From positions 32,001-96,000 of the forward strand of contig OZ242180.1 in NCBI GenBank assembly GCA_965205485.1: 64,000 bases of DNA, written 5' to 3'. This stretch comes from Candidatus Latescibacterota bacterium. Its GTDB lineage: Bacteria > Latescibacterota > UBA2968 > GCA-2709665. Under the pieces are notes generated by a model. The model saw only the letters and a program-made list of their open reading frames with translations. It had not been told where the DNA came from and made no database searches. Made by a program: the position numbers and the translations under genes. Positions 18,679 through 29,378 of the stretch are shown here, in pieces; the first letter of the stretch is position 1; every line of letters starts with the position of its first letter.

Positions 18679-19765
18679 AGAAGGCCGCCGCGTTATCAGC
18701 GAAAATGCGCTGCCTGAGGGCGCCGTTGATAATCCGGGGCAGGGCCCGGTCGGGCGCGTCGAAGTCCCAGTGCGGGTAGTCGGTGGCGAACATGAGGAAG
18801 TCTTCGCGTCCGATCATATCCAGAATGGCGAGCAGGTGCCGGGGATTGGACGGCTCCTCCATGGGCTGTGTGGTCGCACGAAAGTGGTCCAGGATGTATT
18901 CGCTGGGCAGCTTTGTGAGCCACGGCACTTCGCCTCTCAGACCGCGGTAATTCTTGTCGAGCCGCCACATGAGTGCGGGCAGCCATGCGAATCCGCCTTC
19001 AACGAGAGCGACCCTGGCCGACGGCAGTTCCTCGAAGACGCCTTCGCATACAAGGCTGATGACCTGCGCCTCGAAGGCCTGCGACATTCCGGTGTGGTCC
19101 TCGATGTAATAGGATGGCCATCCGCTTGCCGTAATGGGGTTGCCGCCCCCGCCAAAGTGAATGCCAACGGGCAGGTCCGCCGCTGCCGCGGCGCGAAAGA
19201 TGGGACGGAATTCACGCCGTCCGTAGGGTGCATGGGAGCGCACGAGCAGCAACACCTGCACAAAGCGGCGGTCGGCGGCCACTCGCTCGATCTCGGCGGC
19301 GGCCGCTTCGGCATCCTGAACGTTGACGACGATTGAGCCGCGCCACCGGCTGTCGGCATCCAGCCAGGCCTCCCGGGTCCATTCATTGACGGCCCGCTGC
19401 AGTGCGTTTGCAAGGTCGATATTGCGCACGGCCGACACCGCGACGAGGGGGTTGAGGACAGCGAAGTCAATGCCCCATCTGTCGAGCAGCTGTTCCCGGG
19501 CAAACCCGGCGTCCGAACCGGGCTTCCTGCCGTTTGAAGGCCACGCGTCGCGCCTTGCCGCCTGTGCATAGAGCTTGGGATAGATCGACACAGACGGTAT
19601 CGTAAACCCGGACTGCTTCACGTATGCCTGCCACCTCCTGGACAGGTAGGGCAGGAGTTCGTCGATGGAATCGGGATAATTGTGGACGTCCGCGTCTATG
19701 AGCGAGACGCCGGATTTCCCGGCGCCGGCCGCCAATGCCCCGGATTCGGCAGTTGTTTCGAGCAT
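18659..19765 (-). CDS. Amidohydrolase-fold protein (DxH type)
   Basis: IDADVH, GIH, VEGG, FATDYPHWD; overlaps the Rieske gene. Confidence 0.85.
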   Translation of the reverse strand: MLETTAESGALAAGAGKSGVSLIDADVHNYPDSIDELLPYLSRRWQAYVKQSGFTIPSVSIYPKLYAQAARRDAWPSNGRKPGSDAGFAREQLLDRWGIDFAVLNPLVAVSAVRNIDLANALQRAVNEWTREAWLDADSRWRGSIVVNVQDAEAAAAEIERVAADRRFVQVLLLVRSHAPYGRREFRPIFRAAAAADLPVGIHFGGGGNPITASGWPSYYIEDHTGMSQAFEAQVISLVCEGVFEELPSARVALVEGGFAWLPALMWRLDKNYRGLRGEVPWLTKLPSEYILDHFRATTQPMEEPSNPRHLLAILDMIGREDFLMFATDYPHWDFDAPDRALPRIINGALRQRIFADNAAAFYGLEDG

Positions 19766-19805
19766 GGAACGAACCTTTCAACAAGCGAGCGGTCACCGGA
19801 CCGCG

Positions 19806-20747
19806 TCAATTACCCAACGGCTCCCACACCGCGCCGAAGATCTCTCTCAGTCGCGCCATATCGTCGTCAGGAAGCGGCGGACCGAGAATGGCCTTTACGT
19901 TCGCCTCCAGGTGATCGATGTTCGCCGTGCCCGTCAGGACCGTGCCCATCGCCGCATGTGACGCCACGTATTTGTACGCGGCCGCGGGCAACGAATCCAC
20001 ATGTCCCTTGACCAGCCAGCCCAGCGGATCGACGTCCGGCAGGGTATCCCGTCCAATCAGGCCCTTTTCCTTCGCATAGGCGATGCGCTCGGCCAGCACG
20101 TCCGGCCTGCTCAGCGCCCGGCGCACCGCCACCATGCAGATCACACCTACATTTTTTTCGTGGCACATTGGCAGGACGCGATGCTCCGCGGTTGGGCTGA
20201 TCATATTGTATCCTACCATTGCCGTGTCGAAATGGTCGTCCGCGAGCGCCATTGGAAACATCTCGTGCCGGAAATCCTGGGAATATGTCTCGGATACACC
20301 CAGAAAGCGGAACTTGCCCTGTTCCTGAAGCCGCACCATTACCGGCAGAAAGATCTCGATCGTGCGTGCATAGTCGTCCGGTTTCACGCCGTGGAACTGC
20401 ATAATGTCGATAACGTCCACCCGCAGCCGATCCAGGCTTCGTTCCACCGTGGCGACCACGTCTCCAGGGGTGTCGGTCCAATCGTCGCGCGCCACCTGAA
20501 CCTTTGTGGCCAGAACGTAGTCCTCCCTCGGCACGCCCGCGAGCGCCCTGCCGAGAATGGCTTCGCTCTCCCCGTAACCCGCGGCGGTATCGAAAAAATT
20601 CACGCCCAGCACCAGCGCCCTGCGCACCATCCGGCTGACGTCGCTCTCTGACACGCCGGAATTCTGTCCGAACTGGCTCGGACCGCCCGTACCGATACCC
20701 AGGACGGAAACACGAAGGCCTGTTCGCCCGAGCGTGCGGTATTCCAT
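19806..20747 (-). CDS. Aldo/keto reductase
   Basis: MEYRTLGRTGLRVS, DTAAGYG, ATK, DIMQFH. Confidence 0.9.
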   Translation of the reverse strand: MEYRTLGRTGLRVSVLGIGTGGPSQFGQNSGVSESDVSRMVRRALVLGVNFFDTAAGYGESEAILGRALAGVPREDYVLATKVQVARDDWTDTPGDVVATVERSLDRLRVDVIDIMQFHGVKPDDYARTIEIFLPVMVRLQEQGKFRFLGVSETYSQDFRHEMFPMALADDHFDTAMVGYNMISPTAEHRVLPMCHEKNVGVICMVAVRRALSRPDVLAERIAYAKEKGLIGRDTLPDVDPLGWLVKGHVDSLPAAAYKYVASHAAMGTVLTGTANIDHLEANVKAILGPPLPDDDMARLREIFGAVWEPLGN

Positions 20748-21148
20748 ACAGGTTTCTCCTGAAATCTTCACCTTATGTGGCTATTGTTGGGCTCTGCCGG
20801 GTTGACTTCGAAAAGGCATTGGCCACAAAAGGCACAAAAACACAAAAGGTCACATCCGTCCGGAATCGTCTCTTCCCATTCATCCCGGAAGGCAGTGACT
20901 ATTTATCAAATATGGCGCCAACCGTCAAGGGGTTCGGCAAGCGGCGACTGACCGGCGTCCAGCCCGACAACCTCGTTCCGAAGCGCCCCGGCCATGCCGT
21001 CCCGGCGGTCGAAATTACGCTTGCGAATTCACCTCGCTTTCGAAATACTGTTGGGCCGATCATCGACGCCCGCGGATGCGCCGGCGCCCGCTTCCTTCAA
21101 CGGCAGGAAGCGTCCGCGCCGGGCGAAAACGAATTCCAAGGAGCCCAT

Positions 21149-24100
21149 GTGAATCTCTACACACAGGAACGGATCCGGCTGGCCCGGCAGCGCGCGGCGG
21201 ATGACCCCGATGCGGGAAAAGTCGCCGGGCGTATCCTTGCCCAGGCGGACCCGTGGCTGGACCGAGATCGGGACGACATCCGCGCGCTGATGCCCGGTCC
21301 TGAAGTGCCGCGCAGCTGGACCATCAACTTCGTGAGCGGTTGTCCGGTCCACGGCAGCGGTCCGAATGGGTACGGCGGGTATGCGCAGGGCGGATGGATA
21401 CACGATCCCTTCAAGGACCAGTGGCGCGTCACCTGCGCCATAGGTGGGGAATCCTATCCCAGCAATGACTTTGGGGCATTCTACCGGAGCGGAATGGAGG
21501 ACCGCAGCCTGCTGACCGGCCCTTACGCCGACGATGGATGGGGCTGGCAGGGCGACGATACACCGTTTCGCCACTGGTTCATCGCCTATTGTTGTTGCAG
21601 TACGTGGAATACGGTTGTTGCCGGCCTTACCTCCCTCTCTCAGGCCTATCTCCTCAGCGGGGACGGCAGATATGCACACAAAGCGCTCGTCATTCTGGAC
21701 CGGCTGGCCGAAGTCTATCCGCACATGGACTACAGCAGACAATCCATGTACGCCCTGGAATTCTCTCCCGGTTATACCGGTAAGATGAACGATCTCATCT
21801 CCGAATCCGGAACCGTACGTCGGCTTTGCCACGCGCTGGATGCCGTTCGCGACGCCATCCCCGGCGACCCTGTCTTCGGCTCAGACGCCGACGAGTTCGG
21901 GCGGAAGATCGAGGCGGGCATCATCGGAGCCAGCCTCGACGGAATCTACCGCGGCCATGTCCGGAGCAACTACGGCGGGCACCAGGAAGCCCTGCTGATC
22001 GCAGCACTCGCCTCTGGAGACCGGAACGAAATCGACAAAGCAGTAGAATGGACGTTGAATAACACGGGGGAAGCAACGGAACTGAAGGAGATGCTCACCC
22101 ACTTCGACGGGTACATCTTTCGGGACAAGGCCGCCCATGCGGAAGGGATCAACTTCGCCCTTGACAACCTGATCTTCAGGGAAGGCATGGGGTGGGAGAG
22201 TTCCCCCAGCTACAACAGCAGCTGGGTCACGCACCTCACGGTCATCGCACGACTTCTGGAAGAACAGGGCGTACGGATCTGGGACAGGCCGAAGTTCCTG
22301 CGCATGTATCGCTGGGCAGAGGAAATGACGTGCCTGGACGATTTCACCCCGTGCATCGGCGACGCCGGGACGACAACCGGAGGATACGTATCCCTCGGCG
22401 CGGAGACCCTGCGGGTTGCTTACAGGGCGACGGGAGACGCCTTCGTCGGCGAGCTTCTTCGGCGACAGACGAACGGTTTCAACAGCTTCGAGTCGCTGAT
22501 GGAGGAACCGATTGAACCGCCGCCGCACGCGGGCGCCGCCGCCGAACTGAAGGAGATGGCCACCGAGAGCCGGTTGATGGGTGGCTTCGGCCTGGCCCTG
22601 CTGAGGTCGGGACGAGGCCGCGAACGTGCCGCTCTGGCGCTCTATTATGGACGGGCGGCCACCGAGCACGCGCATTTCGACAGCCTCAACATCGAACTTT
22701 TCGCGTACGGCCGAAAACTCATCCCCGACCTCGGGTACGGCGAACACGCCGCGGAGGGAGACCGTCCCGCGGTATGGACGAAGAACACGCTGGCGCACGC
22801 CACGGTCGTCGTGGACGGCCGGCGGCAGGATTCACAGGGTCCCGGCAGGCTGGAGCAATTCGTCAGGGCGCAAGGCCTGACCTGGGTGCAGGTGGATGCT
22901 CCGGAAACCTATCGCCATACTTCCGAATACCGGCGGACGCTTGCGCTGGTCGAAATCGCAAAGGACGCCCGCTACGTCCTCGACTGCTTCCGCGTGGCGG
23001 GTGGAACGCAGCACGACTACAGCCTGCACGGATTCGACGGTGAGTTTTCCGCAAATGAAATCGCGCTCAACCCGCCACAGAAGCAGGGAACCCTTGCAGG
23101 CCGGGACGTGCCATTCGGCGCCATCTACGACGACGACGGTCTCACCGACCCGTTGAGGAAGGGACGCTCGTACTACACGTACCGTGGGGGCGGCTATTCC
23201 TATCTGTACGATGAGCGGCGCGGGAATCCGACCGCGGTGTGGTCCTCATCCTGGCGCGACGTGAAAACCCGCATCGGCCTGAATACCATCTTCCTTCCCT
23301 CGGACGAGGTCTTCGTTGCCCACGGAGACCCCCCCAGAAAGCCAGGCAACCCGAAGCAGCTGACTTACGTGCTGCTCCGGAACGTCTCTGTAGGCGCGGC
23401 CAGCCGGTTCGTGGCCGTACACGAACCCTTTAAGGGCACGCGAAAAGTCCACGCAGTAGAGCAACTGGATGTCGACGGCGAGACCCTCGCGCTACGGGTC
23501 GGCCATCAAACCGGCGAAGATACGATCCGCCACGCCGTCGGGCCGTGCGGCAGCAGCTTCGGTATGGCGCGACACGATGCTGTGGGGAAGCTGGTCTCCC
23601 TGCACCAGTCCGGCCAGGGGAGCATCAGCGCCAACGGCCATACCCTGTCCGTTCCAGGACCTCTTCGCGGGCGTATCGCGGAAGTCGATCCGTCGTCATC
23701 CGCCATAACCGTTGAACGCGACCGTGACAGCATGCCCTTCCGCAGGGCGGCTCTCAAGGGTGACGTCGCCCGCATCGGAAACGCCCGCCGTTGGGCGGCG
23801 TACAACATCACTTCCGTGGAAGGCAGAGGCAGGCGCTATCGCATCCGGTTCGGCGCCGACAGTTTCCGGGTCGGCCGCTTCGTCGTTACTGGCGTAAGCC
23901 CGGATGGAACCGGCCTTTCGACGAAGACCAACCTGTACATGGCGGCGCAGGGCTACTACCGGGGCGCCTGGCTCACGGACCGGGACCACGCGCGGTGGCT
24001 TCCCGTTGACGACGTGGACCTCGCTCCGCACCGGCCGGGCGTCCGCAGGGATGCGGGCATCCGGCTGCTTGGCAGGCACGACCTCTCCGCCGGGTTCAGG

Positions 24101-24232
24101 ATTGGCGATATCGCCTATCTCTACGACGTCGGGCCGGGAGACACGGTGGAGGTCACGCCGTCAGCAACGGCTCTCCGGCAACAGGACGGGGGATTCCGGA
24201 TCCAGGCGAATTGCAGGGCGATTCTGGACTGA
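21149..24232 (+). CDS. Heparinase II/III-like protein
   Basis: ESSPSYN, IGDA, HAHFDSLNIELF, DLGY, HATVVVDG; GTG start with AAGGAG SD; no obvious signal peptide. Confidence 0.75.
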   Translation: MNLYTQERIRLARQRAADDPDAGKVAGRILAQADPWLDRDRDDIRALMPGPEVPRSWTINFVSGCPVHGSGPNGYGGYAQGGWIHDPFKDQWRVTCAIGGESYPSNDFGAFYRSGMEDRSLLTGPYADDGWGWQGDDTPFRHWFIAYCCCSTWNTVVAGLTSLSQAYLLSGDGRYAHKALVILDRLAEVYPHMDYSRQSMYALEFSPGYTGKMNDLISESGTVRRLCHALDAVRDAIPGDPVFGSDADEFGRKIEAGIIGASLDGIYRGHVRSNYGGHQEALLIAALASGDRNEIDKAVEWTLNNTGEATELKEMLTHFDGYIFRDKAAHAEGINFALDNLIFREGMGWESSPSYNSSWVTHLTVIARLLEEQGVRIWDRPKFLRMYRWAEEMTCLDDFTPCIGDAGTTTGGYVSLGAETLRVAYRATGDAFVGELLRRQTNGFNSFESLMEEPIEPPPHAGAAAELKEMATESRLMGGFGLALLRSGRGRERAALALYYGRAATEHAHFDSLNIELFAYGRKLIPDLGYGEHAAEGDRPAVWTKNTLAHATVVVDGRRQDSQGPGRLEQFVRAQGLTWVQVDAPETYRHTSEYRRTLALVEIAKDARYVLDCFRVAGGTQHDYSLHGFDGEFSANEIALNPPQKQGTLAGRDVPFGAIYDDDGLTDPLRKGRSYYTYRGGGYSYLYDERRGNPTAVWSSSWRDVKTRIGLNTIFLPSDEVFVAHGDPPRKPGNPKQLTYVLLRNVSVGAASRFVAVHEPFKGTRKVHAVEQLDVDGETLALRVGHQTGEDTIRHAVGPCGSSFGMARHDAVGKLVSLHQSGQGSISANGHTLSVPGPLRGRIAEVDPSSSAITVERDRDSMPFRRAALKGDVARIGNARRWAAYNITSVEGRGRRYRIRFGADSFRVGRFVVTGVSPDGTGLSTKTNLYMAAQGYYRGAWLTDRDHARWLPVDDVDLAPHRPGVRRDAGIRLLGRHDLSAGFRIGDIAYLYDVGPGDTVEVTPSATALRQQDGGFRIQANCRAILD

Positions 24233-24310
24233 ATACCCGACTCCGTGGAACAAAGAAAAGGCGACCCGGTTCAGCTGGTCGCCCTCTTCGTTTGCGGGTT
24301 CGAATATCCG

Positions 24311-25129
24311 CTACCCTGATCCGCGTAGCGCCGTGAAAAAACGCACGTCGGACCGGGCCAGGTCAATCACCGTGTCCACCGGTTCCCCGCTGTATTCGCT
24401 GTGAAAACTCAGGGGTCCGTCGAAGTTGACTGCGCCGAACGCGCGCAGAAGAGCCGGCCAGTCTCCGTATCCCTCGCCAAGCCTGACGACGCGTGTGCGC
24501 CAGTTTGTCCTGCCGTTCTGTACCAGCGGCTGGCGGATCAGGTCCTTCAGCGCCACCACCGACAGGTGCGACCGGACGATGTTCAGCGCCAGTTCAATCG
24601 GCTCCCCGCAGATGGAGAGGTGTCCCGGATCGGCGAACACGCCGATGTGCCGGGGATCGAAGCCTTTGACCACGTTCATGGCCGCGCAGGAGTTGAGTCC
24701 CATCGAAAGCCCGGAGTGGTTGTGCACCACGGTCTGGACCCCGTGTTTCTCCGACAGGCTCTGGAATCCCTCCAGGTGCCCACGGACCGAATCCAGTTCC
24801 TCCCAGTAGTCCATCCCCGCCGCCCAGTGCCAATATCCCAGTTTGATATGACCCACGCCGGCTTCACCGCAGGCCGCGTACAGACGGTCCGCGTAGTCGA
24901 TGTCCGGTCTGACGAAGTCACCCGGTGTGGTGACCAGGGGTATGGACAGCCCTTCATCGGCGAACAGCCTGGCCGCGTCCGGCAGGGCCTTTTCGACGTT
25001 CTCCGGATGTACCGGATAGCCCGGACGCACACAGAGGTCGGCGCCTTCCACGCCAACCGATTTCAACGCGGCAATAATACCGGGCACGTCCAGGCCTTCC
25101 AGATGTTTCGTGAACATGATGTATTTCAT
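24311..25129 (-). CDS. Sugar phosphate isomerase/epimerase (xylose isomerase-like TIM barrel)
   Basis: HNH, DPGH, ALKD, LGEG, HSEY. Confidence 0.8.
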   Translation of the reverse strand: MKYIMFTKHLEGLDVPGIIAALKSVGVEGADLCVRPGYPVHPENVEKALPDAARLFADEGLSIPLVTTPGDFVRPDIDYADRLYAACGEAGVGHIKLGYWHWAAGMDYWEELDSVRGHLEGFQSLSEKHGVQTVVHNHSGLSMGLNSCAAMNVVKGFDPRHIGVFADPGHLSICGEPIELALNIVRSHLSVVALKDLIRQPLVQNGRTNWRTRVVRLGEGYGDWPALLRAFGAVNFDGPLSFHSEYSGEPVDTVIDLARSDVRFFTALRGSG

Positions 25130-25146
25130 TTCGTCTCTCCATCAGT

Positions 25147-26157
25147 TTAGATCTGCGACTGGTAAATCAGATCCACCAGCTCCATCGTCTTCACCGCATC
25201 CTCGAAACAGGTCTCCGGCTGTTTCCCGTCTCTGATACAGTCCATAAAGTGGCCGTTGATGTCGTACGCGCCGTAGGCGCGCCACGTGTCGTCCCCGCCG
25301 CCAAGGCGGAAGGGATCGAGCACTTCCACGGGTTCGTCCTTGTTGTCCGCGAATACCCGCCCGCCTTCTTCCGGATCCCCGAACACCGAAATGCCGGGTG
25401 AGTGGATTTCAACGGAGAAGATGCGTCGCCCCGTCATCCAGTTCGTGAGCAGCACGCCGGTCGCCCCCGAGCTGAACTTCACCAGCGCAAGGTATATGTT
25501 GGTATGTGTTGCGCCTTCCCGCCGGACGTCGCTGGCAACGGACGCCACCTCGCCGCCGCACAGATAGCGCAGCGTGTCCACAGCGTGAATGGCGTCGGAC
25601 GTGAGGATGTCGATCGCTCCCCTGTAATACGGCGCGCCGCCCACGGCATTCTTGTAGAACGTGGCCACGGCGCTGTGGACGGCCCCTCTTTTTTCGCAGA
25701 GTTCCTTCCCGTACCGGATGACCGGCGCGAACCGTCTCTGGAACGTCACGCCGGTGAGCACCTCATGCTTCTGCGCAATCAGCGCCATCTGACGGGTCTG
25801 CTCGGTTGTCATCGCGGGGGGTTTCTCAATAAACAGATGGCAGCCCGCCTCCATCACCGTTGCCGCGATATCGTACAGGTGATGGGGCGGCATGATGGCG
25901 TAAACGGCATCCGGCTTTTCCTTCTCGATCATCCGCCTGTAGTCCGAATACTGCCCCGGAATGCCGAACCGTTCGGCCGCATCGGCCATCCTCTGTTCGC
26001 TCAGCTCCGATACGGCCACCATCTCGACGCCGTTCAAGGCCTTGAGCGAGGGGTAATGCGCGCTGGTTGCGCGACCTCCGGCGCCAATCATGGCCACGCG
26101 AATGGTTTTCTTCTCGCGGGGCTCTCTTGTCGTTGCCTCTTCCCGTCGCTTTGCCAT
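25147..26157 (-). CDS. Gfo/Idh/MocA family oxidoreductase
   Basis: IGAGGRA, IEKP, FQRRF, IHAVD. Confidence 0.9.
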   Translation of the reverse strand: MAKRREEATTREPREKKTIRVAMIGAGGRATSAHYPSLKALNGVEMVAVSELSEQRMADAAERFGIPGQYSDYRRMIEKEKPDAVYAIMPPHHLYDIAATVMEAGCHLFIEKPPAMTTEQTRQMALIAQKHEVLTGVTFQRRFAPVIRYGKELCEKRGAVHSAVATFYKNAVGGAPYYRGAIDILTSDAIHAVDTLRYLCGGEVASVASDVRREGATHTNIYLALVKFSSGATGVLLTNWMTGRRIFSVEIHSPGISVFGDPEEGGRVFADNKDEPVEVLDPFRLGGGDDTWRAYGAYDINGHFMDCIRDGKQPETCFEDAVKTMELVDLIYQSQI

Positions 26158-26200
26158 TCTCCCCTCCAGTGAAGCCCATCAGTGTCCGGGCGCGGATCGG

Positions 26201-27154
26201 TCAACGATAGACCGCCTGGATCAACGCCCGCATATACCCGACGGCAAACGCGCGCCCCGCCCAGAACGTGGAATCCGTGTTCGGGAAACCGGGCGTATGG
26301 TCCATCATGAACGGCCCTTCGAAACCCACTTCCTTGTAGGTCTGCATCGCCTCGTACATGTCCTGGTCTCCCTCGTCCACGAAAACCTCCTGGAAACTCC
26401 TGGGACCGCCCCGGATATTCCGGAAGTGCACGTAGACGATCTTGTCGCGGCCCCCGATATCCCGGATGGCATCGCACACGTTCACGCCCATCTCCGCGAC
26501 GCAGCCCTGGCAGAACAACATGGCGTTGCTGCGGCTGGGGACCATATCGAAGATGTGATGATACTGTTCGAGGGTGGACACGATCCTGGCGGCGCCGGCC
26601 AGCGGTTCGGGAATCGGGGGATCGTCGGGATGCAATGCCATTCGAACGTTGTTCTCTTCGGCCACCGGGATGACGCGTTCCAGGAAGTATTGAATATTCT
26701 CCAGGATCTTCTCCTCGGAAATGGCCTTGTCGGGATAGTACGGCGGGTCCTCCATCATCTTCTCGTAATCGAACGTACTGTATCTGGCGCCCCCTCTGCC
26801 CGGGGGTACGGATTCGGTACGGAAATTCCCCGCCGGCTTGAAATTGTACCCCAGCGTGGGAACGCCGACCTCGCCCATGCTCCGCAGAAGCTGGCACCAT
26901 GCGTCGATCTTTTCGTCGCGGTCGTCCAGCGCGAGCGATATTTCGTCCCAACCGGTTGCCGCCAGGTTCGTCAACTTCAACCCGTGGGTTTCGGCCAATC
27001 TCTTCACGTCCCGCCAGAGTTCGGTGCGATCCGTGCCCTCACGCACATCGTGAGGGATGGCGTTCACCGTCAGATAGTCCACGCCGATCGCCTTGAAAAA
27101 ACTCAGCGTATCGTCGTTGATCTGGTCCCACGGAAGCTGTTCCTGTATATACAT
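26201..27154 (-). CDS. uxuA: Mannonate dehydratase family protein
   Basis: ALHPDDPP, FCQGC, VHFRN, MDHTP. Confidence 0.8.
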   Translation of the reverse strand: MYIQEQLPWDQINDDTLSFFKAIGVDYLTVNAIPHDVREGTDRTELWRDVKRLAETHGLKLTNLAATGWDEISLALDDRDEKIDAWCQLLRSMGEVGVPTLGYNFKPAGNFRTESVPPGRGGARYSTFDYEKMMEDPPYYPDKAISEEKILENIQYFLERVIPVAEENNVRMALHPDDPPIPEPLAGAARIVSTLEQYHHIFDMVPSRSNAMLFCQGCVAEMGVNVCDAIRDIGGRDKIVYVHFRNIRGGPRSFQEVFVDEGDQDMYEAMQTYKEVGFEGPFMMDHTPGFPNTDSTFWAGRAFAVGYMRALIQAVYR

Positions 27155-27190
27155 GTAATTGTCCTCCCGTCTAATGTCTTCCCGGTGATC

Positions 27191-27215
27191 GGGCGCCCAC
27201 AAGGGACGCCCCTAC
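27191..27215 (-). repeat. GTAG-type REP
   Basis: Reverse strand reads GTAGGGGCGTCCCTTGTGGGCGCCC. Confidence 0.6.
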
Positions 27216-27253
27216 AATACCAGACATTCACGAATTGTTACTGCCATGCCTAT

Positions 27254-28225
27254 CTACCCATAGACCGCCTGTATCAACGCGCGAATATACCCTACGGCAT
27301 ACGCGTGCCCGGCCCTGGATTTCTCGTCGCCGGGGATACCCGGCGTATGATCCATCATGAACGGCCCGTTGAACCCCACCTCCTTGTACACCTCCATCGC
27401 CCTGCGCATATTCACGTCGCCTTCATCCAGAAACACCTCCTGGAAGCTGGGCAGGGCCCCGCGCACGTTCCTGAAATGCACGAAAACGATCTTCTTGCGC
27501 AGTCCCATCTCGCGGATGGTCTCGTAGACGTCCACGCCCATTTCGGTCACGCAGCCCTGGCAGAACAGCATCGCATTGCCGTCGCCCGGCGCAGCCGCGA
27601 AGATTCGCCGGTATTGTTCCAGCGTGGACACGATCTGGGCAACGCCGCCGAGGGGTTCCGGGATGGGCGGATCGTCCGGGTGGAGCGCCATCCTCACGCC
27701 CGCCTCCGCCGCCACCGGCACAGCTACCTCCAGAAAATGCTTCATGTTCGCCCAGATCTCCGCCTCGCCTACCGGAGGATCGTGCGGATCTGGCCTGTTG
27801 TTTGAGAACGACTCGTAATCGAACGTGCTGTATACGGCCCCACCCCGGCCAGGCGGCGTCGAGGCCGTGCGGAAGTTGCCCATGGGTTTGAAGTTGTATC
27901 CCAGTGCGGGTATGCCCGCCTCGCCCAGGCAGCGCAACATGCGGCACCACGCCTCGAGCTTTTCGTCCCGGTCCGGAAGGCCGAATGCCAGTTCGTCCCA
28001 TCCCGCCATAAAGACGCTGAACAGCGCCATTCCGTGGGCTTCCACCTTCTTTCTGGCCGCTTCGAAGAACGGGCGGCTGTCCCGGCCGTCGCGCAGGTCT
28101 ATCGAGGGATCCAGCCTGTGCATCGCGCGAATGTCCAGGCAGATCATGTCCGCGCCGATCGCCCGCGAAAAGCGAAGCGTGTCATCGTTGAAGTCCGCCC
28201 AGGATACGTGGTCCTGAATCGTCAC
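27254..28225 (-). CDS. uxuA: Mannonate dehydratase family protein (second paralog)
   Basis: Same motifs as the neighbouring copy; GTG start overlaps the upstream stop. Confidence 0.8.
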   Translation of the reverse strand: MTIQDHVSWADFNDDTLRFSRAIGADMICLDIRAMHRLDPSIDLRDGRDSRPFFEAARKKVEAHGMALFSVFMAGWDELAFGLPDRDEKLEAWCRMLRCLGEAGIPALGYNFKPMGNFRTASTPPGRGGAVYSTFDYESFSNNRPDPHDPPVGEAEIWANMKHFLEVAVPVAAEAGVRMALHPDDPPIPEPLGGVAQIVSTLEQYRRIFAAAPGDGNAMLFCQGCVTEMGVDVYETIREMGLRKKIVFVHFRNVRGALPSFQEVFLDEGDVNMRRAMEVYKEVGFNGPFMMDHTPGIPGDEKSRAGHAYAVGYIRALIQAVYG

Positions 28226-29378
28226 GTCCTCGATCCTCCGGCCAGCAGCGGCGCGATGCCGAACATCCCGGGATCCGCCGCATCGGATTCGCCCATGCAC
28301 ATTTTCGCCACAATCTCTCCGATCGCCGACGAGAATTTAAACCCATGCCCGGAACACGGCGAAGCGACAATCACCTGCTCATATTCGGGATGGCAATCCA
28401 CAATCCATCCGGTATCCGGAAGATTGGTATACATGCACACGTCGCTCTCGACGACGGGCCCTGCCGCATCGGGAATGAACCGCTCTACGAGCGGACGAAT
28501 CTGAGCCTCGTCATCCGGAGACGCATTCCGGTCCATGGTGTCCGGGTTGACCCCGGCGCGCCCGCAATGCAAGGCCGCCTTGAAACCCCGTCCGAAGTCC
28601 GGCTGACAGTAGAACGAAACCCCGTTCTCGCAAACCCAGGTATTGTTCGGGCATCGGCCGGACGTGAACATTCCCGCGTTCCGCAGCGGCCGAAAGAAAA
28701 ACAGCGTCATCCGCTCGATTTCCACCGGAAGCGCCAGGTCCGCCACCAGCCGGGTGACCCAGGCGCCCGCACAGACGACGAGCCTGCCGGCCGAGATTTC
28801 GCCCGACCGCGTCTTCACCCGCACCGCGCTTCCTTCCGCGGTCCAGTCCAGCACCGGGCAGTCGAAGTTCAGCTTTGCCCCCGCGGATTGTGCCAGCTTC
28901 AGATGCGCATCGATGCACGCCTCGGGAAAAACGGCGCCCGCCCTGGGCTCGAAGATGCCCTCCCAGCCGTCTTCGACCCGGAACATGGGATATCGCCGCC
29001 GCACGTCATCCGCCGAGACCCGCTCCACGGGGATATCGAACGCTCGCGCGCTTTCCAGGACACCGTGTCGTTCGGCCCCGCCATGCGGCCGCATGGAGAG
29101 GTGGCCGTACGTCCTGACCAGTTCCGCGCCGCTCTCGTCTTCCAGCGTTTCCCACAGCGCGTATGCGCGTCTGATCAGTCCACGTATGCAGGCCCGCTGG
29201 CGTAGGCCTCGCGGATCACCCGCGCGTGTCCGTGCGAGGACCCGCGGTTGTGCGGCGGACGGTACCGGTCGAATCCCGCCACCCGCATACCGCGTTTTGC
29301 CAGATGATATACCGCAGCGCTGCCCATCGCGCCCAGTCCGGCCACAACAACGTCGAACGTCGCGACGCCCTTTTTCAT
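28222..29378 (-). pseudogene. solA: N-methyl-L-tryptophan/sarcosine oxidase, frameshifted near 29180
   Basis: N-terminus (GLGAMGS...GSSHG..RVIREAY) and the remainder (...CMYT...CSGHGFKFS) are in different frames, joined at GTG GAC TGA TC. Real lesion or assembly error. Confidence 0.75.

Noticed and set aside
26090..27805. 571-aa plus-strand ORF and similar long antisense ORFs (42096, 50409, 51763)
   Set aside because: Lie opposite recognisable genes; expected in GC-rich DNA.
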